A stretch of 63,566 nucleotides of DNA, filler included, from Octopus bimaculoides (Eukaryota), in NCBI RefSeq assembly GCF_001194135.2. It is 4 parts of 4 records of this genome, joined end to end, with 100 filler letters (N's around TTAATTAATTAA, not from the genome) between each part and the next. Parts side by side here need not be neighbours in the genome. Positions count along the whole stretch, not along the records: positions 1 to 18,016 come from NC_068982.1; positions 18,117 to 34,543 come from NC_068983.1; 2 more parts are not named here. The stretch is one strand, 5' to 3'. Position 1 is the stretch's first letter, and every line of letters begins with the position of its first letter. The translations under genes were made by a program, and so were the position numbers. Below are positions 14,572 through 26,278 of the stretch, one piece after another. Below the pieces are notes generated by a model. It ran no database searches, had not been told where the DNA came from, and worked only from the letters and a program-made list of their open reading frames with translations.

Positions 14572-15335
14572 CTGTATAGTTTAAAATATAGGTGACAGAG
14601 GAAAGTTAAGACCTGCAGTATACTTCCATCTGGTTAGTTCCGCATACGTCACTATTTTTCCATCACCGCGGGACTTTCAGTAGATGTAATGACAAACAGG
14701 TCATCATAAAGTGGCATCTGTAGTTCATTAAATAAGATACGCACATATATGTATCCATATACATGCATACATACATACATACATACATGCATGCATGCAT
14801 ACATACATACATACATACGTACGTACATACATACACACATACATACATACTTACTTACATATGCATGTGTGCGTGTGTGCGTGTGTGTTTGTTTGCATAT
14901 GTGTGTGTATGTATTATTTATGCATCAATATGTCTGAAATATCCTGTTACGCTAAGAAACAGTGCATGGTACCAGAATTTTCGACTTGTCAAACAACAAA
15001 CTACTTAAAATCGTTCTTAGATTATCCGTATAAGTGGAGTCGAGCCCAACTAATTTTTACTGGCATCGTGCCGTATCAGTTGTAATAACGAAGACAAACA
15101 AAATAGCGATGTTTTGAAATCATTTAATACGTAAGTTTCCGGCTTGCGTAATTTATAATAGGAAATGCATTCCCATTATATTATATGGTCAATGATTATT
15201 ATATATAACCATTAACTTCATAATATCCAAGTCAGTGGTTTAACTTCATTATTATAGGTAAGTCTGTACACACGGACGTTCGTGCACGCGCGCATACACA
15301 TACAGGGACACACAAAATATTAAATAATTACTTAA

Positions 15336-15785
15336 TGGAGTGAGCTGGCAGAATCCTTAGAACTCTGTGCAAAATGCTTAGTGTTATTCCTTTCTATTTT
15401 AAGGCAGCGAGCTACAGAACCTTTAACACACCGGGCGAAATGCTTAGCGGTGTTTCGTCTGTCGCTACGTTCTCAGTTCAAATTCCGCCGAGATGGACTT
15501 TGCTTCTCATCCTTTCGGAGTCGATTAAATAAGTACCAGTTACCCACTGGGGTCGATATATTCGACTTAATCCTTTCCCCAAAATTTCAGGCCTTGTGCC
15601 TACAACGGAAAGGTTATTTCTTTCGACTTTACATTCTGATTTCAAATTCCGTCGCAGTCAACTTAGTCTTTCAATCATGCAGACTCGATTAAATAAGTAC
15701 CACTTGAACACTGGAATTGATGTAATTGACATACCACACCACCACCGAATATGGTGGCCTTGTGCCAAAATTTGAAAGCAATATT
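15336..15785 (+). mobile_element. Compound/tandem SINE family B (duplicated head, two bodies)
   Basis: GAGCTGGCAGAATC head twice; TTCAAATTCCG...GATTAAATAAGTACCA body twice. Confidence 0.8.
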
Positions 15786-16351
15786 AATAATTACGTATTT
15801 AGTTTTAAAATAGGTGTAAAATAATCATAAAATAACCATAAAAATTCCGTTAAAATATATTAAAATCACTATCGTGCCTTGAACTTTGATATGGTATACA
15901 GACAGCCACTTACGTGTACACTTTCGATAATTAGATTTAGGTCCGTTAACATGAAATTATTATATCTTCTCAGCAATCGTAAACAAGAACAGAAATCAAA
16001 CGCAATTTAGGTTTCAATTAATGGCTAGGAGGATTAAAAACGCTATTATGTATCAACAGACGCGTATGTAGTCGTTTGACCCATATAAATATGTGTAAAA
16101 TAACTCGTAGTTTGAATAAATTGAAATATACAAAAATATAACAGAAAAAAAAACATACAATTAAATACATAAATTCTCTATATGGATGTGCATCGACATA
16201 TGCTTCATAGATATATCTAAGATTAATAAGAATGCAGACACGTATATAGACACACACTCATACATATTATATGCATGTATATCTACATATACGCNNNNNN
16301 NNNNNNNNNNNNNNNNNNNNNNNNNNNNNNNNNNNNNNNNNNNNNNNNNNN

Positions 16352-16385
<34 letters not shown>

Positions 16386-17277
16386 AGTATGCATAAATAT
16401 ATATGCCTGTGTGTGTATACATGCATAATACATACATACATACATACATACATACATACATACATACCAGTATACATACACATACAGACATAAATGTATG
16501 TGTGTTTATATACATACATATGGATATACGAACTCATAATTATACATAATTAAGTTGAAATATAGATATGTACACGTATGATAAATATAATAATAGGTAT
16601 CAAATAGACATATAGACAACCTGCAAGTATATTAAATCGATATACACAGTCAACAACTTTGGAAGCTAGAACATATATGTATACTTCTCTTATATGTACA
16701 CATATATCGGTAAAATTTATATTATAGCTATTAAAGTATATTGTACCAAAGCTGTGTACGTTTATATTTAATGCGTGTATTTATATTGATGAGACGAAAA
16801 ACCATATTTCTGTACACGTCTCGAAAGGAAAATTCTCCCTGTAGACAGCGCGTGTGAAAATACAAGGAGTTGTGATATGAATAAATTCATCGGTCTGCCA
16901 GACTCCTGTTTCTCTGTTCTTCACTGTGTTTTCTTAATTCTTGTCTGTAAGAAGAATGTATCTTCTGAGAGCTACAGTGAAGGTGTTTTTACTTTGAATG
17001 TGTAGGAACATGTATAATATATAAATGGGATATAATAAATATCCTGGAAACAGCTGTAAGACCTATTTATAAATATTCTAAAACCTTCACAGACTTGTTT
17101 TTTTTTATCGCATTCTAAAATTTTATTTATATATATACATGCTGTTATATGACCAACGTTGGACTCCTTATTCGCATAATCGCCGAATCTGGAGCTTAAC
17201 TATGGTCTGTCCATAGCACTTACTCAACATTATCTGACACCTTTGGGTCTTATTGAAACCATTACTTGTCATAACCA

Positions 17278-17342
<65 letters not shown>

Positions 17343-17343
17343 T

Positions 17344-17400
<57 letters not shown>

Positions 17401-17419
17401 ATTGGATGGATGCCATGGC

Positions 17420-17710
17420 GTGATTTTGTTTAAGGTGGACCGCTACATGCCAGGCGTATGCCTACTCGCTTGTCTCAAAGGACGTCATCAGTGGCCCAAG
17501 GGGGAGACGTACTGACTTTGACCTGTGAGGTTCAGCGAGCTGCTGCCGATCAGTTCTTTTAGACCACGCCTTGTTGTAGCCACCCCGCTTAGCATAGCCT
17601 TCTTCCGCTGTCACAGCCATTGATAGACATAGATGTCGCTTCGTTGAGAACTTGAAGATACTTTCTCGTAGCCTTAGCTTAAAGAGAGATCTTGAAAGGC
17701 ACCAGAGGAG
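17420..17710 (-). mobile_element. Possible LINE C-terminal remnant (weak)
   Basis: GC-richer island; minus-strand fragments KYLQVLNEA and VYQWL*QRKK loosely recall the ends of restriction-like-endonuclease LINEs. Confidence 0.2.
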
Positions 17711-17888
17711 GGTCCAAATTTTACCCATTGGTGGGGCCCTAACAGGTGCTACCACTCGGAGCAAGAGCGGGCCTGGGAGAAATGGCTCCTATTCTCCTGA
17801 ACTGGAGTTCATCACCGGTTGCAGTATGTATGTATGTAAGTGTGTTACTAGATTGTGTTACTAGACGCTCGGGAAAGGAAAGAGAGTG

Positions 17889-17925
17889 ATTATGACGTTT
17901 CGAGCGGATCTCTTCGTCGGAAACA
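17889..17925 (-). ncRNA. Degenerate minimal hammerhead motif (Penelope-type)
   Basis: Minus strand reads CCGACGA-A-GAG-ATCCG-CTC-GAA-ACGT-C: U4 changed to C in the core, 3-bp stem II, palindromic ACGT, stem I decayed. Confidence 0.5.
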
Positions 17926-18116
17926 AGGAAAGTCCAAAGAAGGGAAAAACGGAGGAAGAAAAATCGCCACCGATGTCCACGAGGTTACATTGTGGAAATA
18001 TATATATATATATATANNNNNNNNNNNNNNNNNNNNNNNNNNNNNNNNNNNNNNNNNNNNTTAATTAATTAANNNNNNNNNNNNNNNNNNNNNNNNNNNN
18101 NNNNNNNNNNNNNNNN

Positions 18117-18145
18117 GTGGTTATTCCCTCTTCAGTCGCAGAAGC
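18117..18145 (-). ncRNA. 5' half of a second hammerhead, truncated by an assembly gap
   Basis: Minus strand reads CTGCGA-CTGAAGA-GGGAATAACCAC then N; paralogous to 18222-18246. Confidence 0.6.
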
Positions 18146-18221
18146 CGGTATCGTACGATGACTGGAATGACATAAGAGAGACAACCTCTCTTATCAGTTT
18201 GCAGTGCCGCCTGTCTGGTTT

Positions 18222-18269
18222 CTGTGACTGAAGAGGAGATAACCACTCCGAAATGCTTGCATCTCACAG
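18222..18269 (+). ncRNA. Type I hammerhead ribozyme with complete catalytic core
   Basis: Stem I CTGTGA (18222-27)/TCACAG (18264-69); core CTGAAGA (18228-34); stem II GGAG/CTCC with loop ATAACCA; GAA; stem III ATGC-TT-GCAT; C17 at 18263 (AUC site). Confidence 0.88.
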
Positions 18270-18529
18270 TTTGGGTAGGTGGCGCTGCGAGCTGATTTCG
18301 GTGTATTTACACCATTTTTCTACAAGAAATTTTCTCCATGACAAGACACAGTGAATGGCTTGCTTACAAGTTCGAACGTGCCACATGCATATTTGAACCG
18401 GTAATAACATTGTATTTATGTCAACTTCTACCTTTGAGTGGAATTTGGACAGATGGGTGCTATATAGAATGCCGAAGGCCGTCAAGTGGATTGTAGCTGT
18501 AATTAAAAAAAAACAACAGCCCTGTCGCA

Positions 18530-18665
18530 CGCTGTGTTACGCTGATTCTGTCTGAGAATTACATTAAGAGTACAAGTGTAAGTGTGAGTTCAGCTACTTA
18601 CGACTCAATTCAAGCGCAGATAATTTAGTAGATCAAACAACTGAAACGTCATCGTCAAATGTTGG
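18530..18665 (+). mobile_element. Degenerate interspersed repeat/SINE 3' part
   Basis: CCCTGTCGCACGCTGTGTTACGCTGA...GATCAAACAACTG resembles a recurrent cephalopod SINE tail (recognition only). Confidence 0.35.
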
Positions 18666-19194
18666 AGATTCACCAACGTCATATATTTGTTTCAGTCTTC
18701 CGTGTAGGATCTCTGATATATAAAAAAAAGAAACGCTTTTTAAATATATGCAACAATGACATTATTTAGATCAATCAATTGAAATATCGAACTATCGAAA
18801 TTTAGAAATATCGTCAGATTGGAGATCCGGAATACTGGTTGCAACGGAGAGATAGAACTCGCAACAGGTGGTCGCGAAGTAACCTTCTCAATCAGTATGG
18901 AGTTGAAATTAAAGCGTAAAAGTAACAATTGATTCAACCTAGTCATACAAACTATGTTTTGTATGAGAGATGGGGAATCGAGATGAATCAATGATATGAA
19001 AATATCTCTATTGTAAAAATGTGCGGTGTTCGTCTACTTATGTCGTAAATTTAGTATGATACCTCAGGCACTGAAGTTAAGTGATGAATCCACATTATAA
19101 GCACACACACATACACACGCGCGCGCGCAAAAAAAAATTGGTGAGCTATAAATAATATCTTTTGAATACCATACCATTCCGAAAGAATTACGCA

Positions 19195-19252
<58 letters not shown>

Positions 19253-20913
19253 GCAACATTAATTTTGTAACTAATACATTGTATTCAAATGCTCATTCAA
19301 CGTTAATGAAGAAATGCATAGCGCATAAAAGTATCGATATGCATTACCAAATTCTATTTGTTTTGCTTTTCAAATTATTTGTCTGTATATTTATTTAGTT
19401 ATTTATTTATACTGTTTTATTCTCCCACACTCCATTTGTTTTTGTTTTGTTATTGTAAAATCGACAATAAGTAGACTTAGGTAAAAAAAAATCAAAAAAA
19501 TCTGCACAGCACTTAGCACAGGTTTTTTCTTAGACGGTAACAAATTCGACAGGATGTGTAAAAAAAAAATCACCGAGTATACATTTTAACGAAGAATGAA
19601 AATGCAATCAAAGTTGACTTTATATTTCATCTACAATCTGATCGAGAGAAATATCTAAAGAGTGGAGGTAGTGGTGGTGGGAGCAGTCTGTATACTAAAT
19701 ACACTTACACTAGGTTCCTACATATGTAAGATAGAGAAATGGAATACTCTTCGACTAACTGAGATTATCCAAGAAATTTGTTGACAAAAAACCCATCTAA
19801 ATATGTTTAAAATTGAAAACCTGCAAAGGAGGTGACCCTATTAAGATCAACGAATTAATGTCTTTGAAAGGCAAATACGTTGCAGATAAAAGTAGATCTC
19901 GTTTTTAGAACCCACTGGTGTAAGGGACACACTTGTTTCGGATTTTTTTTACCCCTCCTCAGTGAAGCAGCATATCCTATTCGATTAATAAAACTTATAG
20001 ATGATCAATATATATATATATATATATATANNNNNNNNNNNNNNNNNNNNNNNNNNNNNNNNNNNNNNNNNNNNNNNNNNNNNNNNNNNNNNNNNNNNNN
20101 NNNNNNNNNNNNNNNNNNNNNNNNNNNNNNNNNNNNNNNNNNNNNNNNNNNNNNNNNNNNNNNNNNNNNNNNNNNNNNNNNNNNNNNNNNNNNNNNNNNN
20201 ATATATATACATAATTATATATATATATATAAATATAAATAATATATAAATATATGCATATATCCATACATATATGTACATACCTACATCTATATGTATA
20301 TATACATGCATATATGGGTACAGGACGGCACACAAAAAACGTTAAACGCAATGAGAAACGAAAACAAAGATGAAGACAGAAAACGAACTTTCTTCCGAAC
20401 AACGAATAAAACAGAGAAACGATACATGCAACATAAAGAATATTTCCCTTCATCAGTTGTCCCTGTTCCATCTACTCCACGTTTCGAAGGCAAGGACAAT
20501 ACGCTACATGATATGCGTGTGTGTGTGTATATGTATGTGCAAATGGAGGGCAAGTAGTGTCGTGGATTATGAATGCTATCAATGTGGATTGGGGTTGAGT
20601 ATTCCAGAAGACCAAAGTATTTGCAAAACAAATACATACGGCAAGACCTTTTACATATAATATAATGAATTGAAAATCTTGGATCAACTATGGTTAACCA
20701 TACAATTAATAAACAAAAATTCTCTCTAATGATGTTTAAAATCAGAAACAACAATCATGAGAGTTAACTCTAAGAAGACGAGTGTACTGAAAAATCTGAA
20801 AAATGAAGATGACACGGATAAGAGCGGATATTGTCTATAAAGGTAGCTGGTGAAATCTAAAGCTTGCATCTTCCGGTATTATAAAACCACCTCAACGAAG
20901 TATAACCATTTTC

Positions 20914-20914
20914 T

Positions 20915-20994
<80 letters not shown>

Positions 20995-21016
20995 GGTGAT
21001 GGTGGTNNNNNNNNNN

Positions 21017-21090
<74 letters not shown>
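20914..21090. repeat. (GTA)n/(GTG)n microsatellite
   Basis: Direct reading. Confidence 0.97.
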
Positions 21091-21091
<1 letters not shown>

Positions 21092-21093
21092 AA

Positions 21094-21416
21094 GGCGCAT
21101 GGCTCAGTGGTTAGAGCGTCGAGCTTACGATTGTGAGGTTGCGAGTTCGATTCCCGGACCGGGCTGCGTGTTGTGTTCTTGACACTTTATTTGACGTTGC
21201 TTCAGTTCACTCAGCTGTAGAAATGAGTTGCGACATCACAGGTGCCAAGCTGTATCGGCAGTTGCCTTTCCCTTGGATAACATCAATGGCGTGGAGAGAG
21301 ACAGCTGGTATGCACGGGCGACAGCTGGTCTTCCCTAAACAACCTTGCCCGGACTTGTGCCCAGGAAGGTAACTTTGTAGGTGCAGTACCATGGTCAGTC
21401 ATGACCGAAGGGGGTC
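21094..21416 (+). mobile_element. Full-length tRNA-derived SINE, family C
   Basis: A box TGGCTCAGTGG, B box AGTTCGATTCC, central GTGTTCTTG..ACACTTTATT..CACTCAGCTGTAGAAATG domain; related copies at 56.0-56.4 kb. Confidence 0.85.
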
Positions 21417-21430
21417 ACGACGACGACCAC

Positions 21431-21473
<43 letters not shown>

Positions 21474-21839
21474 GGTGGTGGTGGTGGTCATCGTCGTCGT
21501 CGTGTTGGTGGTGATGATGATGACTACGATGATGGTGTAGGTGGTAATGGCGATGATGATGATTTAGGCATAAAGCCAACACTTTTGAAAGAAGTGGGTT
21601 AGTTGATGCTAAAGACCCAAGCACGTGACTGTCACTTCATCTTGCAGATTCTGGAAGAATGAAAAGCAAGGTTGACCGTTGCACATTTTGATAATGATGC
21701 TGCTGCTGATGGTGAGGATTTTTTTTTATGGGTCACAAAGGGCTCAAGACATTTGGAACAATATAAAAGAACGAAATACAACACAGAAAAGTGGGGTTTG
21801 CAACAACCAAAAGAAAATAAAACAAAAATAAAAGTCGTA

Positions 21840-22735
21840 ACTGTGTAGTAAGAAGCTTGGTCCCGGATTCAGTCATGGTCCCGGGTTCAGTCATGGTCCC
21901 GGATTCAGTCATGGTCCCGGGTTCAGTCATGGTCCCNNNNNNNNNNNNNNNNNNNNNNNNNNNNNNNNNNNNNNNNNNNNNNNNNNNNNNNNNNNNNNNN
22001 NNNNNNNNNNNNNNNNNNNNNNNNNNNNNNNNNNNNNNNNNNNNNNNNNNNNNNNNNNNNNNNNNNNNNNNNNNNNNNNNNNNNNNNNNNNNNNNNNNNN
22101 NNNNNNNNNNNNNNNNNNNNNNNNNNNNNNNNNNNNNNNNNNNNNNNNNNNNNNNNNNNNNNNNNNNNNNNNNNNNNNNNNNNNNNNNNNNNNNNNNNNN
22201 NNNNNNNNNNNNNNNNNNNNNNNNNNNNNNNNNNNNNNNNNNNNNNNNNNNNNNNNNNNNNNNNNNNNNNNNNNNNNNNNNNNNNNNNNNNNNNNNNNNN
22301 NNNNNNNNNNNNNNNNNNNNNNNNNNNNNNNNNNNNNNNNNNNNNNNNNNNNNNNNNNNNNNNNNNNNNNNNNNNNNNNNNNNNNNNNNNNNNNNNNNNN
22401 NNNNNNNNNNNNNNNNNNNNNNNNNCATGGTCCCGGGTTCAGTCATGGTCCCGGGTTCAGTCATGGTCCCGGGTTCAGTCCTATTGTGTGGTACTTTGAG
22501 CAAGTGTCTTCTACTACAGCCTCAAGTCGACCAATGCCTTGTGAGTGGATTTCGTAGACGGAAACTGAAAAAAGCCCGTCGTGTGTGTGTATGTTTGTGT
22601 GTATGTGTGTGTTTGTCCCCCATCACCGCTTGACAACCGGTGTCGGTATGTTTACGTCCCCGTCATTTTGGCAATTCTTCAAGGCGGTGCCCCAGTATGG
22701 CATCGCTCTGATGACTGAAATTCGTAAAAGATGAA
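21840..22735 (+). mobile_element. SINE family A whose B-box region has expanded into a tandem array
   Basis: CTGTGTAGTAAGAAGCTT head, array, then TGAGCAAGTGTCTTCTAC body and GGCGGTGCCCCAG tail. Confidence 0.85.
21858..22479 (+). repeat. 18-bp minisatellite (CATGGTCCCGGRTTCAGT)n spanning a gap
   Basis: At least 4 units left and 3 right of the gap; GGA and GGG variants alternate on the left. Confidence 0.92.
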
Positions 22736-22826
22736 AGATTAAAGATATAACAATAAAAATTTCAACAAAAAATCAACATGAAAAAATTTCTCAACCGTGG
22801 GGCAGTCCACCTAAATGTAATTTTGG

Positions 22827-23074
22827 AGAACCGCTAAGTTACGAGAACGTAAACACACCAGCATCGGTTGTCAAGCGATGGTGGGAGGAGACAAACACAG
22901 ACACAGAAACATACACACACATACATATATGTATATACGACGGGCTTCTTTCAGTTTCCGTTTACCAAATCCATTCACAAGGCTTTGGTCGTCTCGAGGC
23001 TATAGTAGAAGACACTTGTCCAAGGTGCCACGCAGTGGGACTCAACCCGGAACCACGTGGTTGGTAAGCAAGCT
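22827..23074 (-). mobile_element. SINE family A internal fragment between 56-bp direct repeats
   Basis: Family A sequence; flanks 22770-22825 and 23080-23136 are homologous. Confidence 0.85.
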
Positions 23075-24187
23075 AAGAAAAATTCAACATAAAAAAGTTT
23101 CTCAATCGTGGGCCAGTCCACCTAAGTGTAATTTTGAAGAAATCCACCACAAAAATCCCGGATTTCTCTGCCATTTCCAAGGCTTCTCCCCGTTTCTTTC
23201 CTCCTACTGAGGATAGAATACATCGGGTAAACTTATTCAAACTCAACATTCTTGCCATTCTCATCCACTCTTTCGCTAAACACAAAATAAAACATTTATG
23301 AATAAGAAACTGATTTATGTTTACGTAAAAACAAAACAATAATAATAATAATAATAATACAATGGTAACTCAAGCGAGAAGAATCGATTATATACTTTCC
23401 TAACAGATTTATAACCTCGTGACAATCGGAGTCGAGTAGCGAGCGGATCGATCTTAACCAGCTCTATCGTCGTCTCACCTTCACATACTGTTGAGGCTTT
23501 ATGTCTATGTGAGAAATGAGTATTCAAACTACTTTCATATCTTATTTGTACGTTATTTTTTTTTGTTTTGTCTTCTTTATTCTCTCGTTGTTGCAGTTGC
23601 TGTTGTTTTTTGTTTTAGTTGTGTTTGTTACAGTTGCTGCTTTGGCTGTCGTTTCCAAAGCTATTTTCAGTACGTTCATTAACGTATTCAGATACACCAA
23701 AATACAATTCTTCTAAATGCTTAATCTTCAGCTTCATAATTCCGTATTTTCCCTTGATCTATTCGTTTCCATATTTTTCTGCTCTGCTCAAGAATTGAAT
23801 ATTATGTTTGTTACGCTTCGCTTGGTTTAGAGCTAAAAGCTAAACAGAGATCAGCGTTGCGTTTTTGATAAAGTTATTCATTCAAATTTTTTTCTATCTC
23901 TTGTTCACCAGTGTGTTTAAAAATGCAATTTCCTTATTTTCCATTTCCATTGGGAACTAGATAACTGGATAAAGTTAGATATATCTTATGGAGATTTTCA
24001 TCTTTTTCTCAGGTTTTGAATGAGAATATCATATTCATACAAATATCAACAACAACAGTTGCAAATATATTGATTTTGAATCTTACAAGGGTGCAGACTT
24101 CAGGACAGTATTTAACCAGGTCGATAGGGTATCGGATTTTCGAGTTGAAGGGTCGAAGATCATATCTCAATATCACGCTGTCTTAAA

Positions 24188-24400
24188 GCGGCGAGCTGGC
24201 AAAATCGTTAGCACGAAGGGCAAAGTCTTAGCGGCATTTCGTCCGGCTTTACGTTCTGAGCTCCAATTCCGCCAAGGTCGACTTTGCCTTCGATACTTTC
24301 GAAGTCCATAAAATAAGTATTAGTTCAGTACTGGGGTCGATGCAATTGACTGGCTCCTTTCCTCAAAAGTCCTGGCTTTGTTCCAGAATGTGAAATCAAT
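24188..24400 (+). mobile_element. SINE family B
   Basis: GCGGCGAGCTGGCAAAATCGTTAGCACG head, GTCGACTTTGCCTT body. Confidence 0.85.
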
Positions 24401-24594
24401 ATATATATATATGCACATACACGCGCAAATATACATGTATATATAATTACACACAAACACACACACATACTCTTTCTCACTCACACACATACACTCTTTC
24501 TCTCTCACATGTACACAAGCACAATCCATTAGTTTAGTTTTCGCTGTTTATACAAATATTAGACTCCAGTCTTCTAATGCATGGTTGTGTAGTA

Positions 24595-24651
<57 letters not shown>

Positions 24652-25727
24652 NNNNNNNNNNNNNNNNNNNNNNNNNNNNNNNNNNNNNNNNNNNNNNNNN
24701 NNNNNNNNNNNNNNNNNNNNNNNNNNNNNNNNNNNNNNNNNNNNNNNNNNNNNNNNNNNNNNNNNNNNNNNNNNNNNNNNNNNNNNNNNNNNNNNNNNNN
24801 NNNNNNNNNNNNNNNNNNNNNNNNNNNNNNNNNNNNNNNNNNNNNNNNNNNNNNNNNNNNNNNNNNNNNNNNNNNNNNNNNNNNNNNNNNNNNNNNNNNN
24901 NNNNNNNNNNNNNNNNNNNNNNNNNNNNNNNNNNNNNNNNNNNNNNNNNNNNNNNNNNNNNNNNNNNNNNNNNNNNNNNNNNNNNNNNNNNNNNNNNNNN
25001 NNNNNNNNNNNNNNNNNNNNNNNNNNNNNNNNNNNNNNNNNNNNNNNNNNNNNNNNNNNNNNNNNNNNNNNNNNNNNNNNNNNNNNNNNNNNNNNNNNNN
25101 NNNNNNNNNNNNNNNNNNNNNNNNNNNNNNNNNNNNNNNNNNNNNNNNNNNNNNNNNNNNNNNNNNNNNNNNNNNNNNNNNNNNNNNNNNNNNNNNNNNN
25201 NNNNNNNNNNNNNNNNNNNNNNNNNNNNNNNNNNNNNNNNNNNNNNNNNNNNNNNNNNNNNNNNNNNNNNNNNNNNNNNNNNNNNNNNNNNNNNNNNNNN
25301 NNNNNNNNNNNNNNNNNNNNNNNNNNNNNNNNNNNNNNNNNNNNNNNNNNNNNNNNNNNNNNNNNNNNNNNNNNNNNNNNNNNNNNNNNNNNNNNNNNNN
25401 NNNNNNNNNNNNNNNNNNNNNNNNNNNNNNNNNNNNNNNNNNNNNNNNNNNNNNNNNNNNNNNNNNNNNNNNNNNNNNAATAAAAAATTCAACATTGAAT
25501 GTATTCCGTGTATATATTTGATAAGTAAATTCAAAAAAGGATAAAACTCTTTTACAAGAATTTTATCAAGAAGCCAGTGTGTAAAAAAATTCATAAGGGA
25601 AATTTCTATTCCCAAGAATATAATTATTCGTTTATATTTATATAAAGGGCATTATTACAGAAAAATAATAAGGTATTACATTAGGTAGTAAATGTGGTTA
25701 TTTTGAGAAGTCCACTGTGTGGCGTTA

Positions 25728-25883
25728 TTATTTTTCTGTAATACATTCAATGTTGAATTTTTTATTCCTGTCTCCACATGGGTACCCAGAAACAACCCGG
25801 AAGTAAAAGTAAACTGTTATAAAAACTAGCAAGTAAACAACAGCAAACAGAATACGATAGTCGACGCCATTTTCCGTCGCCAT
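25728..25883 (-). CDS. Candidate first coding exon or short ORF with hydrophobic signal/anchor (MATENGVDYRILFAVVYLLVFITVYFYFRVVSGYPCGDRNKKFNIECITEK*)
   Basis: AAGATGGCG start context; 51 aa, below the track cutoff; possible donors gtaccc or gtatta. Confidence 0.3.
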   Translation of the reverse strand: MATENGVDYRILFAVVYLLVFITVYFYFRVVSGYPCGDRNKKFNIECITEK

Positions 25884-25886
25884 CTT
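25797..25886. promoter_or_regulatory. Candidate housekeeping-type promoter (ETS plus two YY1 motifs)
   Basis: CCGGAAGT 25797-804, CGCCATTTT 25865-73, CGCCATCTT 25878-86 in a CpG-retaining patch. Confidence 0.45.
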
Positions 25887-26278
25887 ACAATTTCAAAATA
25901 ATACCTCCTCAATCAAGAAAGAAGACAGCAAAAATCGTTCAAACTATTCTTAGAATATTCTAATGGCACAGTTTTCTACAATTTATTAAGAATAATTTAT
26001 GAGAATTTTTTTTTCTGTTTCAAATACGCCGAAGGAAAGAAACAGCTGTCATATATTAAGGTTAAAAATATGAACTGCCCGCCATGCTCTGTTGTACATG
26101 ACACAATTAACGTGAACGTGGCAGCCATTGCTTTTAGCTCATGATGTTACAAATAACATAATTAAAGTAGGTTCTCTCTCTGTGGTTTTCAACCGTTTTG
26201 ATATCCGGGTCAGATCCAAAACCTGGATATTTTTAGTGGGGCCCGCACCAAAGAAAATGTAAAACACAAGTTAATTAA

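Noticed and set aside
18061-18072. TTAATTAATTAA islands inside N runs (also 34588-34599 and 51486-51497)
   Set aside because: Identical palindromic six-frame-stop 12-mer embedded in gaps: an assembly spacer, not biology.
18780-18940. GC-richer patch with protein-like frames (KYRQIGDPEYWLQRR...)
   Set aside because: Several frames on both strands are equally open and splice sites are weak; cannot choose or support any.
20430-20495. CTGATGA and CGAAACG on the minus strand
   Set aside because: Stems I and II cannot be paired in any hammerhead topology; at most a scrambled relic.
21733-22633. GTMTEP/MVPGSV repeat proteins; CRISPR-like appearance
   Set aside because: Spacer-less 18-bp tandem derived from a SINE; neither a protein nor a CRISPR array.
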